This document shows positions 48,476-57,532 of a stretch of DNA of 64,000 nucleotides, piece after piece. Each line of letters starts with the position of its first letter. Position 1 is the stretch's first letter. Source of the stretch: an uncultured Gemmatimonadaceae bacterium (GTDB taxonomy: Bacteria > Gemmatimonadota > Gemmatimonadetes > Gemmatimonadales > Gemmatimonadaceae). The notes under the pieces are model-generated. The model was not told where the DNA came from and did not search any database. It was given only the letters and a program-made list of their open reading frames with translations. Location of the stretch: the NCBI GenBank assembly GCA_963822945.1, contig CAWGJO010000020.1, forward strand, positions 736,001 to 800,000, in the 5' to 3' direction. A program made the translations under genes and the position numbers.

Positions 48476-50398
48476 ATGAACACATTCGAAGCGGTTTTCG
48501 ACGTCGTGGTAATTGGGGGCGGGCATGCCGGCGCAGAAGCGGCGGTGGCCGCTGCCCGCACCGGTGCGCGAGTCTGTCTTGTTACCACAGCTATCGAGAC
48601 GATTGGTCAGATGTCCTGTAATCCCGCAATCGGGGGAGTGGCCAAGGGAACCGTCGTGCGTGAAGTGGATGCGTTGGGCGGGGTCATGGCCCGTGCGGCG
48701 GACTTGGCGTGTCTTCAATTCCGGATGCTGAACCGCAGCAAGGGGCCTGCGGTCTGGGCACCTCGCGCCCAGTGTGATCGCGGGCTGTATCGACGGGCGG
48801 TTCGTTCATTGCTCGAAGACCACGCGGGCCTGTCCATCGTTCAGGCAACAGTGGCTCGCCTGGTGCTCGATGATGCCGGGCAGACCGTGCTCGGGGTGGA
48901 GACGCTCGAAGGACGGCGGTTCGGTGCTGCTGCCGTCGTCATCACCACCGGCACGTTTCTGCGAGGCCGCATCCATATCGGCACGACGACTCACTTTGCG
49001 GGAGGTCGGGCCGGAGAGCGTGCGACCGTGTCGCTTGCCGAGCAGATCGAAGGCATGGGTCTCATGGTGGCCCGATTCAAGACCGGGACGCCACCACGCA
49101 TCGACGGCAGGACGGTGAACTACGGCGTCATGACGCGCCAGGATACGGAGATCGATGCGTTCGACTTTTCCTGGTCCCACTTCTGGGAGACTCCGCGAGC
49201 CTCCCTGGGCCGCACTCGGCATCCGTCGCAGTTGCCCTGCTGGATTGCCTACACGGGTCCCGACGCACACGCGATCATCCGGGAGAACATCGAGAAGTCC
49301 GCGATGTACGGCGGTGCTATTGGAAGCCGGGGCCCTCGCTACTGTCCCTCCGTCGAAGACAAGATCGTTCGGTTTCCCGATGCGTCGCGCCATCAACTAT
49401 TCCTGGAGCCGGAGGGCTTGGACACCGCGGAGCTGTACGTGAATGGGCTGTCCACGTCCCTTCCGCCGGACGTGCAGATCTTGCTGTTGCGTAGCATCCC
49501 GGGGTTGGAACACGTACAGATGACACGGCCGGGATATGCCATCGAGTACGACTACTGCATCCCGACACAATTGGAGCCGACCCTTCGTGTGCGGGCGGTG
49601 GCAGGCTTGTATCTGGCGGGCCAGATCAACGGAACCACGGGATACGAAGAGGCAGCCGGTCAGGGATTGGTGGCCGGCTTGAATGCGGGGCTCGCGGCAC
49701 AGAACCGTCCTCCGGTTATTCTCGGGCGTGAGACGTCGTACATCGGAGTGCTGATCGATGATCTCGTGACGCGAGGCGTCGACGAGCCGTATCGGTTGTT
49801 CACCTCGCGCTCCGAATTTCGGTTGACGGTTCGGCAGGACAATGCCGTCCGGCGCCTTGGCCCGCTTGCGCGAGATCTCGGTCTGTTGGGGCCATCGGAG
49901 ATGAGACTCCTCGCAACCCGTCTGGCATCGGAAGACCGTGTGCTCGACATTGCACGGAACACGAGTATCTCGCCCCAGCAGGCCATGCCGATTCTTGCCG
50001 CTGCGGGCAGTACATCGCTTCCCCATGCTCAGCGAATTGGTGAAGTCGTGAAGCGGCAGGGCGTCGCACTGGCGGACTTGCTGGCTGCTGCTGGCATTGC
50101 CAACGCCGCGGATCGGGAAGTGGTAACGGCCGTGGAATTGGAGCTCAAGTACTCGGGGTATTTCGAGCGTGAGCGGACGCAGGCCGACCAGCTACGTCGC
50201 ATGGGGGGGGTCGTTCTGGACGGAGGGCTTCCGTATCACGAGATGAGGTCGCTTTCCATTGAAGCCAGGCAGAAGCTTGCCGCCCAGCGGCCCGTGAGCG
50301 TCGCGCAGGCTTCTCGCATTCCCGGCATCAGCCCCACGGATTTGCAGAATCTCGTGATCGAGGCAACCCGACGACAACGTGCTTCTCATTCAGAATAG
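48476..50398 (+). CDS. mnmG: tRNA uridine-5-carboxymethylaminomethyl(34) synthesis enzyme
   Basis: GGGHAG, MSCNPAIGG, GPRYCPSVEDK, AGQINGTTGYEEAA. Confidence 0.98.
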   Translation: MNTFEAVFDVVVIGGGHAGAEAAVAAARTGARVCLVTTAIETIGQMSCNPAIGGVAKGTVVREVDALGGVMARAADLACLQFRMLNRSKGPAVWAPRAQCDRGLYRRAVRSLLEDHAGLSIVQATVARLVLDDAGQTVLGVETLEGRRFGAAAVVITTGTFLRGRIHIGTTTHFAGGRAGERATVSLAEQIEGMGLMVARFKTGTPPRIDGRTVNYGVMTRQDTEIDAFDFSWSHFWETPRASLGRTRHPSQLPCWIAYTGPDAHAIIRENIEKSAMYGGAIGSRGPRYCPSVEDKIVRFPDASRHQLFLEPEGLDTAELYVNGLSTSLPPDVQILLLRSIPGLEHVQMTRPGYAIEYDYCIPTQLEPTLRVRAVAGLYLAGQINGTTGYEEAAGQGLVAGLNAGLAAQNRPPVILGRETSYIGVLIDDLVTRGVDEPYRLFTSRSEFRLTVRQDNAVRRLGPLARDLGLLGPSEMRLLATRLASEDRVLDIARNTSISPQQAMPILAAAGSTSLPHAQRIGEVVKRQGVALADLLAAAGIANAADREVVTAVELELKYSGYFERERTQADQLRRMGGVVLDGGLPYHEMRSLSIEARQKLAAQRPVSVAQASRIPGISPTDLQNLVIEATRRQRASHSE

Positions 50399-50432
50399 TG
50401 TTCTGTCTGACGGCGCAACCGGAAGTAGACAG

Positions 50433-50453
50433 TTAGTAGCACTAGGATATTAA
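50433..50453. promoter_or_regulatory. third copy of the candidate 21-bp TTAGTAGCA-N4-G-N4-TAA operator
   Basis: TTAGTAGCACTAGGATATTAA in the AT-rich spacer upstream of the SIMPL gene. Confidence 0.4.
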
Positions 50454-50551
50454 GTAAAGTAAAATAGTGATTATGCGGCACTAAATACGGTCGACGCTGG
50501 CGGCAAGCGCCCCTCCCTGCTCTTGACCGTTCCTATCGCGAAGGAGGACCA

Positions 50552-51274
50552 ATGAAACGTTCTGCCCGATGGATGATCGTCCCCTGCCTGTTGCTGGTGG
50601 GATCTTCCGTTGCCGCGCAACAGGCATCACATGAATCTCGGCCGTCTCTGATCACCGTTTCAGCTCGAGGCGAGGTTCAGGCAGTTCCGGACCGGGCGTA
50701 CGTCCTGTTGAGCGTGCAAACGCGCAGTGTTACGGCGGCAGGAGCAGCGGGGGAGAATGCATCGAAGCAGACCGCCGTTATTGCTGCATTGCGCTCGCTG
50801 GGTATCGCTGCGTCTCGGATATCGACTCAGAATTACACGGTGACCCCTGAAACTCGGAACGACACCGGAAATCACACCCCCAGAGTCGTGAGCTATCTCG
50901 TTTCCAACTCGATTCGGGTCGAGATTTCCGATCTTTCGCTCGTCGGAAAGGTCATCGACGCCTCGCTCTCACACGGGGCAAATCAAGTCGCTTCACTGAG
51001 CTTCTTCGAATCGGACGCCGATCGTCTTTACCGGGCCGCTCTGACATTGGCTGTTTCGAATGCCAAGGCCCAAGCCAACGTTATGGCAGTTGCCGCCGGG
51101 GGGCATTTGGGCGGCCTGGTTGAGCTGAACTCAGCCGGGTCTCAGTTTCCATCTCCAGTCATGGGCAACGTCCGAATGGCGACCTTTGCAGCTGCAGAGA
51201 CCCCAATTATGCCAGGACAGGACATGATTCAGGCTTCTGTCACGGGAAAGTGGGTCTTCGTGCCGAATCAGTAG
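50552..51274 (+). CDS. SIMPL (DUF541) domain periplasmic protein
   Basis: Signal peptide, ITVSARGEVQAVPD, GANQV, AKAQANVMA, AAGGAGG RBS. Confidence 0.9.
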   Translation: MKRSARWMIVPCLLLVGSSVAAQQASHESRPSLITVSARGEVQAVPDRAYVLLSVQTRSVTAAGAAGENASKQTAVIAALRSLGIAASRISTQNYTVTPETRNDTGNHTPRVVSYLVSNSIRVEISDLSLVGKVIDASLSHGANQVASLSFFESDADRLYRAALTLAVSNAKAQANVMAVAAGGHLGGLVELNSAGSQFPSPVMGNVRMATFAAAETPIMPGQDMIQASVTGKWVFVPNQ

Positions 51275-51294
51275 TCGGGTCCTCCATGGGGTCA

Positions 51295-51310
51295 TGTTCC
51301 ACGTGGAACA
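51295..51310. promoter_or_regulatory. parS centromere site
   Basis: TGTTCCACGTGGAACA, matching the tGTTtCAcGTGaAACa consensus, directly upstream of parA. Confidence 0.93.
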
Positions 51311-51393
51311 TGACCCCATGACGTCGATTGAGGGCGCTTGGCCGAAATGGCCCGGCGCCCTTTATATTGACTCTCTCTCCAACCCATGGCTCA

Positions 51394-52182
51394 GTGACCA
51401 GAATAATTGCAGTTGCTAACCAGAAAGGCGGCGTCGGCAAGACGACCACTGCCGTAAATCTGGCTGCGAGTTTGGCTGCAGCCGAGCAGAAGACACTCCT
51501 GGTTGACGGCGACCCTCAGGGGAATGCCACGAGCGGTATTGGAATCAACGGAAAGGACCTCCGTGCCTCCACCTACGACGTCTTGCTTGGTGACGCTTCC
51601 CCTGCAGAGGCAATTATCAAACGTGTGCAGTTTGATCGCCTCGACGTGCTTCCTGCAACACCGGATCTTGCCGCAGCCGAAGTTGAACTCACAACTCAAC
51701 CAGATCGTGAGCGCGTTATGCGTACGGCACTGCATCGTGTTCGCGACGACTACGACTTTATTCTCGTAGACTGCCCGCCATCACTGGGACTTATCACACT
51801 GAACATGCTGGTCGCTGCAGATTCCTTGCTGATACCCCTGCAGTGCGAGTACTTCGCTCTCGAGGGTATTTCCCAGCTTCTCAACACGTTTCATCTTGTC
51901 CAGCGCAATCTCAACGAGACCCTCGTCATTGATGGCGTTCTGTTGACCATGTATGACTCAAGAATCAACCTGTCTCGCCAAGTAGCTGCTGACGCTCGTG
52001 AATACTTTGGAGAGAAGGTGTTCGAGACAGTGGTTCCGAGAAACATTCGTTTAGCTGAAGCGCCGAGCTTTGGGCAGCCCATCATTCTCTACGACGTGTC
52101 ATCCGCTGGCGCCCAAGCCTACCTCAAGGTCGCAGCAGAGCTCATGCAACGCCTCAGCCCCAGTGCGGCCGCGGTAGCATAG
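51394..52182 (+). CDS. parA: chromosome partitioning ATPase Soj/ParA
   Basis: ANQKGGVGKTTT, DPQGNA, DCPPSLG, RNIRLAEAPSFG. Confidence 0.97.
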   Translation: MTRIIAVANQKGGVGKTTTAVNLAASLAAAEQKTLLVDGDPQGNATSGIGINGKDLRASTYDVLLGDASPAEAIIKRVQFDRLDVLPATPDLAAAEVELTTQPDRERVMRTALHRVRDDYDFILVDCPPSLGLITLNMLVAADSLLIPLQCEYFALEGISQLLNTFHLVQRNLNETLVIDGVLLTMYDSRINLSRQVAADAREYFGEKVFETVVPRNIRLAEAPSFGQPIILYDVSSAGAQAYLKVAAELMQRLSPSAAAVA

Positions 52183-52217
52183 ACACGCTCGCTCATCCCT
52201 CTAACTCGGTATTCGCA

Positions 52218-53153
52218 ATGAGCCCCGAAAAGCCACGGAGACTCGGGCGAGGTCTCGAAGCGCTCATCGGTGGGAACGTCTCCACTCGTGCCGATCTGGT
52301 GGCCCCACTTCCCGCTCAACAGAACGAGCTCCACCGCCTCGCGCTCACACGCATCCGTCCGAATCCCTTCCAGCCCAGGCGGGACTTTCCCGAGGCAGAG
52401 CTCGCTGAATTGCGCGCATCCCTCCAAGCCTCCGGAATGCTTCAGCCTGTCGTCGTCCGTCCTGCTGGTGATGTCTTCGAGTTGATATCCGGTGAGCGCC
52501 GCTTTCGCGCCGCTTCACAGCTCGGCTGGGTCGAGATCCCCGCGCTCGTGCGCGAGGCCGACCAACGAACGATGCTCACCCTGGCGCTCATTGAGAACCT
52601 GCAGCGTACCGACCTGAATGCGGTCGAAGAAGCACGCGGCTACCAGCGACTCCAGGAAGAGTTCCAGCTCACGCACCAACAGATCTCCGAGGCCGTAGGC
52701 AAGGATCGTTCAACCGTCACCAACCTGCTTCGCCTACTCACCCTGCCAGACACCGTTCAGACCCTTCTCGAGCACGGACAGTTGAGTATCGGGCATGCCA
52801 AAGCGCTTCTTGCCCTGCCAACGCACCGCGCGATCAGCGAACTCGCCACCGAAGTGGTCGCTGAAGGGTTGAGCGTCCGAGAAACCGAGCGTCGAGTTCG
52901 TACCCTCTCCACACCTCCCCCGTCAACGACAGACGTGCCGGCGAAAAGCCGGGGCCCCAAGACACCCGCCCCAGGGGAGCCCAAGCCCGAGATACGACAC
53001 ATCCAGGACACGCTGCGCCGACGCCTCCAGACCGACGTCCACATCCAGATAGCCGCCGACAACAAAGGTGCGATCAAGATCTCCTTCTATTCCACAGACG
53101 ATCTGAACCGCCTGCTCGAGTTGCTGGCAGGCACGCCGCAAATCGGAGACTGA
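52218..53153 (+). CDS. parB: chromosome partitioning protein Spo0J/ParB
   Basis: LGRGLEAL, NPFQPR, GERRFRA, ENLQR, HTH GKDRSTVTN. Confidence 0.97.
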   Translation: MSPEKPRRLGRGLEALIGGNVSTRADLVAPLPAQQNELHRLALTRIRPNPFQPRRDFPEAELAELRASLQASGMLQPVVVRPAGDVFELISGERRFRAASQLGWVEIPALVREADQRTMLTLALIENLQRTDLNAVEEARGYQRLQEEFQLTHQQISEAVGKDRSTVTNLLRLLTLPDTVQTLLEHGQLSIGHAKALLALPTHRAISELATEVVAEGLSVRETERRVRTLSTPPPSTTDVPAKSRGPKTPAPGEPKPEIRHIQDTLRRRLQTDVHIQIAADNKGAIKISFYSTDDLNRLLELLAGTPQIGD

Positions 53154-53230
53154 GACGGTCCATATGTTTGCTAACTAATTGTGCACATCATTATCTACAG
53201 TCGTAACATTATCATTAACAATACTTTACA

Positions 53231-54250
53231 GTGATAACACGCTTGCGACTACAAAGGTTTGTCACAAATGTCAACATCGCGGTCACTCTCCTCTGTGCCG
53301 CCTGTGGGCCCGCTCGTTCAAATCATACAGATACCAGCCCGTCCGCCTTCAAAGTCGCCTTGCTCACGCCCGGCCCCGTCTCTGACCAGTCCTGGAACGC
53401 CGGCGCCTATGACGGCTTGCTGCGCATCCGTGACTCCCTCGGGGCAAGCATAAGCCACATCGAAACCAAGACCCCCGCTGATTTCGAAGAGAGCTTTCGG
53501 CAGTACGGAGCACAGCACTACGCACTGGTCATCGGACACGGATTCGAGTTCCAGGACGCGGCAAGACAAGTCGCGCCGGCGTACCCTGAGACGGTCTTCA
53601 TCACCACGTCCGGTAACACCAAAGGCCCGAATCTCGCCGGCCTGCAGTTCGACTTCGCCAATCCATCCTACCTCGCGGGCATTCTCGCTGGTGCCGTCAC
53701 GCACTCGAATGTCATCGGCGTCATCGGAGGCACTGAGCTTCCCCCTGTTCGTGAGAGTTTCGAGGCGTTCGCCCGCGGCGCCGCAAGTGTCAACCCGCGA
53801 GCCAAACTCGTGTCCTCGTACATCGGCAACTGGGACGATGTCAGCGCCGGACGCGAACAGGCGCTGGCCCAGATCGCTCAGGGAGTCGACGTCATCTTCC
53901 AGAATGCCGACGCCGCCGGGCTCGGCGTTATTCAGGCGGTGAAACAGAGCAAGGGTGTCTGGGTCCTCGGCTCCAATTCCAATCAGAATTCCGTCGCCCC
54001 CGCCGTTATGCTCGGAAGTGTGGTGATCGATCTCCCCCATGCTTTTCTCACGGTTGCGCGGGAGGTGAAGGCCGGGCGCTTTCGCGGCCGCATCATCTCG
54101 CTCGGAATGAAGGACGACGTCGTCCGCTTGGTGGTGAATCCCAGCGTACGCAACCGCATCCCAGTGTCGGCTATCGCTCGCGTCGATTCCGTGCGTGCCT
54201 TGATGCAGCGCGGGGCCTTTTCGGCACTCGACGCAACCGGGGGGCCTTGA
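53231..54250 (+). CDS. BMP family ABC substrate-binding lipoprotein (nucleoside type)
   Basis: Lipobox-like LCAAC, DQSWNAGAYDG, IGHGFEF, QGVDVIF. Start uncertain. Confidence 0.88.
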   Translation: MITRLRLQRFVTNVNIAVTLLCAACGPARSNHTDTSPSAFKVALLTPGPVSDQSWNAGAYDGLLRIRDSLGASISHIETKTPADFEESFRQYGAQHYALVIGHGFEFQDAARQVAPAYPETVFITTSGNTKGPNLAGLQFDFANPSYLAGILAGAVTHSNVIGVIGGTELPPVRESFEAFARGAASVNPRAKLVSSYIGNWDDVSAGREQALAQIAQGVDVIFQNADAAGLGVIQAVKQSKGVWVLGSNSNQNSVAPAVMLGSVVIDLPHAFLTVAREVKAGRFRGRIISLGMKDDVVRLVVNPSVRNRIPVSAIARVDSVRALMQRGAFSALDATGGP

Positions 54251-54252
54251 GC

Positions 54253-55026
54253 ATGACGTCGCTGAGCGACTGTGTTGCCTATCTCGACGATGTTCTCGCG
54301 ACGTCTGAAATCCCCGACTACGATCAGGCGCTCAACGGACTTCAACTGGCCAACGCGGGAACGGTCACACGCCTTGCCGTTGCGGTGGACTTCTCACATG
54401 GGTCGGTACAGCAGGCCGTCCTGGCCGGGGCAGACTTCCTGCTGGTGCACCACGGCATGTTCTGGGGTGCGCCTCAGCCATTCGTCGCTTCGCGTTATGA
54501 GCGCTTGCGTCTCGCCATCGCCAACAATCTTGCGGTGTATGCCTCGCACCTCCCCCTGGATCTTCATCCGCGATTCGGCAACAACGTTCGCCTCGCGAAC
54601 CGTCTGGAGTTGGAGCCGAATGGTCGTTTCGGCCGATTCCAATCGATCGAGATCGGTGTTTCCGGATCGGCCGACCTCGCAACCGACGACCTTCTGGCTC
54701 GGGTCCAGGCCTTTGCCCAGCCCCTGGGTACGCACGTGGTTTGCACGCCTCACTCCTCCCAGCGACGGACCAGACACTGGGCGATCGTCACCGGTGCTGG
54801 TGCTTCGAGCAGCACGCTCGCCGAGGCTGCCGATCGCGGCATCGACACTCTCATCGTGGGTGAAGGACCGCATCATACAGCGGTGGAGGCGCAGGATCGG
54901 GGCATAGTGATCATCTATGCCGGCCACTACGCAACGGAGACGCTCGGCGTCCAGGCCCTTGCCGACGAACTCCAGCGCATGTTCACACTCCCGTGGTCCT
55001 TCGTGCACTTGCCGACCGGGCTGTGA
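54253..55026 (+). CDS. Nif3-like dinuclear metal centre protein (YbgI family)
   Basis: NGLQ, LVHHG, SHLPLDLHP..GNN, AGHYATE. Confidence 0.92.
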   Translation: MTSLSDCVAYLDDVLATSEIPDYDQALNGLQLANAGTVTRLAVAVDFSHGSVQQAVLAGADFLLVHHGMFWGAPQPFVASRYERLRLAIANNLAVYASHLPLDLHPRFGNNVRLANRLELEPNGRFGRFQSIEIGVSGSADLATDDLLARVQAFAQPLGTHVVCTPHSSQRRTRHWAIVTGAGASSSTLAEAADRGIDTLIVGEGPHHTAVEAQDRGIVIIYAGHYATETLGVQALADELQRMFTLPWSFVHLPTGL

Positions 55027-56462
55027 CGCTGCATGCCGCCGAAGTCGCGGCCACCGGAATCACGAAGCGCTTCGGCTCCGTCACGGCCCTCGACGACGTC
55101 GCTCTTACCCTGAAGCCCGGCCGTGTACATGCGTTGCTCGGCGAGAACGGAGCGGGGAAGTCCACCCTGATGGGAGTGCTGTTCGGACTCGTGCGCCCAG
55201 ATCGCGGGACCGTGAGCGTCGGCGGCGTCAGGGTCGTCCTTCGTTCTCCAAGGGACGCGATTCGCCTCGGGATCGGTATGGTCCATCAACACTTCTCCCA
55301 CGTTCCAGCTCTGACTGTAGCCGAGAACGTGGCGCTCGGCGGCCGAGGCCGGTTCGATCAGGCAGCCGCTGCTCGGCATGTGGAGTCCGTAGCCCGGGCG
55401 GCGGGTCTCGCGCTCGACCCCCTTGCCCGTGTATGCGATCTATCGGTCGGCGCGCAACAGCGTCTGGAAATCGTTCGCGCGTTAGCCCATGACGCACGGG
55501 CACTCATTCTCGATGAGCCGACTGCAGTGCTCTCTCCCGACGAGTCCGCCGAACTGCTGCGGTGGCTACGCAGTTTCGCGAACGCCGGGGGCACCGTGGC
55601 GCTCGTTACGCACAAGGTGGTCGAGGCCCTGGCCGCGGCAGATGACGTGACGGTGCTCCGTTCCGGGCACTGCGTTGCGGTGGCGGAGGCAGCCTCCTTC
55701 ACCCCGACCTCCCTGGCGCGCACCATGTTTCCCGACGCGATGGTGGACCGGCCGAAAGTCAGGAAGGCCGCTTCGGTCGGCGAGATCGTCGCCAGGGCGA
55801 GCCATCTGGTGATCGAACCGCCGGCCGGTCGATCCGGAATTCGCGATGCCTCGTTCGAGTTGCTCGCCGGCCAGGTGGCCGGTATTGCGGCGGTCGAGGG
55901 GTCGGGGCATGAGTCGCTGCTCCGTGCCCTGGCTGGCTTGGAGGAGCCCTCCGCCGGCTCACTCCAGATCCCTGAGAACGTGTCCTTCATCCCCGCCGAT
56001 CGGCACAGGGATGGACTCGTCCTCGAGTTTCCGCTGTACGAAAACCTCGCCCTGCGACACGCGGGTAGCGCCCGGGGACGGATGCGCTGGCCCACAATTC
56101 GTGCGCGGACTCGGGCCGTCGTTCGGCAATTCGAGGTTCGTGCAGATTCCGAGGCGAGCTCCGCCCGCACGCTTTCCGGCGGCAATCAGCAGCGGTTCGT
56201 GCTGGGACGGGAACTCGAGTCGCATCCGCCGCTCGTAGTTGCAGAGAACCCGACTCGCGGGCTCGACCTCATGGCCACGGCCGCCGTTCATTCCCGCTTG
56301 CTTGGAGCAGCCGCCGAAGGCGCCGCCGTCGTCGTGTATTCCGGCGACCTCGACGAGGTCCTGGCACTCGCGGACCGCGTGTTGGTGGTGTACGACGGAA
56401 TCGTTCGGGAACTGCCCTTGGCTCGTGATCTCATCGCCCGCGGAATGGTAGGCGATTGGTAA
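55023..56462 (+). CDS. CUT2-type ABC ATPase (two domains)
   Basis: GENGAGKST, GMVHQHF, DEPT, LSGGNQQ, PTRGLD. GTGA overlap. Confidence 0.93.
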   Translation: MTLHAAEVAATGITKRFGSVTALDDVALTLKPGRVHALLGENGAGKSTLMGVLFGLVRPDRGTVSVGGVRVVLRSPRDAIRLGIGMVHQHFSHVPALTVAENVALGGRGRFDQAAAARHVESVARAAGLALDPLARVCDLSVGAQQRLEIVRALAHDARALILDEPTAVLSPDESAELLRWLRSFANAGGTVALVTHKVVEALAAADDVTVLRSGHCVAVAEAASFTPTSLARTMFPDAMVDRPKVRKAASVGEIVARASHLVIEPPAGRSGIRDASFELLAGQVAGIAAVEGSGHESLLRALAGLEEPSAGSLQIPENVSFIPADRHRDGLVLEFPLYENLALRHAGSARGRMRWPTIRARTRAVVRQFEVRADSEASSARTLSGGNQQRFVLGRELESHPPLVVAENPTRGLDLMATAAVHSRLLGAAAEGAAVVVYSGDLDEVLALADRVLVVYDGIVRELPLARDLIARGMVGDW

Positions 56463-57529
56463 TGGCTGGATTCCACCGCCTCCGGCCCTGGTTGGCGCCC
56501 CACCGATGGCTGCGCTCCCCTGGAGCGTGGTTCCTGTGCGTCGTGGTCGTCTCGGTGGTCATTCTCGACCATCACTACGGCAACAACGTGCTCCGCGCGC
56601 TCTGGATGGGATCCTTCGGTTCATGGTACGCATTCACGTCGGGCACCCTGGTCCGCGCCGTCCCCCTCATTCTCACGGGCCTTGGCGTGGCAATTGCCTT
56701 CCGGTCGGGGGTGTTCAATATCGGAGCCGAGGGGCAGCTGCTCGCTGGAGCAGCGGCAGCGACCTTCGTCGGGCTTCGTTGGAGCGCCCCACTCGGTGCG
56801 GTCACCCTCCCCGTCATCCTGCTGACCGGGACCGTTGGCGGCGCGCTGTGGGCAGGAATTGCCGCGTTCATGCGCACCCGGTTCGGGGTCCTGGAGGTGA
56901 TCAGCACCCTGATGCTCAACTTCGTCGCGGCTGACGGCGTGTCGTACCTCGTGCGGGGGCCGCTGCAGGAACCCCTTCACATCTACCCACAGTCCGCAAC
57001 GCTGCCGCTCGTTGCCAGACTTCCCCACTTCGGACCGGCTACGCGCTTGCACTGGGGGTTGGTCCTCGCCGTTCTTCTTGTGGCTGTCGCAGCGTGGGGC
57101 GTGTCGCAGACGGCCGTAGGTTTCCGCTTGCGGGCCGTCGGTGCCAATCCCGCCGCTGCACGGGTCACGGGAAGGATTTCAGTGCCCCGCGCGACCACGG
57201 AAGCCTTCCTGGTGAGCGGCGCGCTTGCCGGATTGGCCGGGGCGATCGAGGTCACAGCGGTAACCCATGCGCTCTACGACAACCTGTCACCGGGCTACGG
57301 GTTCACGGCCATCGCGGTCGCGGTCTTGGCTGGCCTTCGCCCATTGGCGGTGCTGCCCAGCGCGCTGTTGTTCGCGGGCCTCGAAACGGGTGCCACCGCA
57401 TTGCAGCGCGACGCGGGTATTCCGGCTGCCTGGGCCTCCGTCCTCGAGGCCTGCCTGATACTCGTCGCGGTCGCTGCTGTCGCCCTCCGCCAACGGAAGA
57501 GCGCGGCGGTCTCGATCATGGACGCGTAA
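56462..57529 (+). CDS. ABC permease (nucleoside type)
   Basis: FNIGAEGQ, EVISTLMLN, GYGFTAIAVA. Confidence 0.92.
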   Translation: MAGFHRLRPWLAPHRWLRSPGAWFLCVVVVSVVILDHHYGNNVLRALWMGSFGSWYAFTSGTLVRAVPLILTGLGVAIAFRSGVFNIGAEGQLLAGAAAATFVGLRWSAPLGAVTLPVILLTGTVGGALWAGIAAFMRTRFGVLEVISTLMLNFVAADGVSYLVRGPLQEPLHIYPQSATLPLVARLPHFGPATRLHWGLVLAVLLVAVAAWGVSQTAVGFRLRAVGANPAAARVTGRISVPRATTEAFLVSGALAGLAGAIEVTAVTHALYDNLSPGYGFTAIAVAVLAGLRPLAVLPSALLFAGLETGATALQRDAGIPAAWASVLEACLILVAVAAVALRQRKSAAVSIMDA

Positions 57530-57532
57530 GCG

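Noticed and set aside
50203..50210. G8 run in mnmG
   Set aside because: The reading frame is intact through the conserved C-terminus.
55800..55920. Degenerate second Walker A in the ABC ATPase
   Set aside because: This is normal for two-domain CUT2-family ATPases, so it is not a pseudogene.
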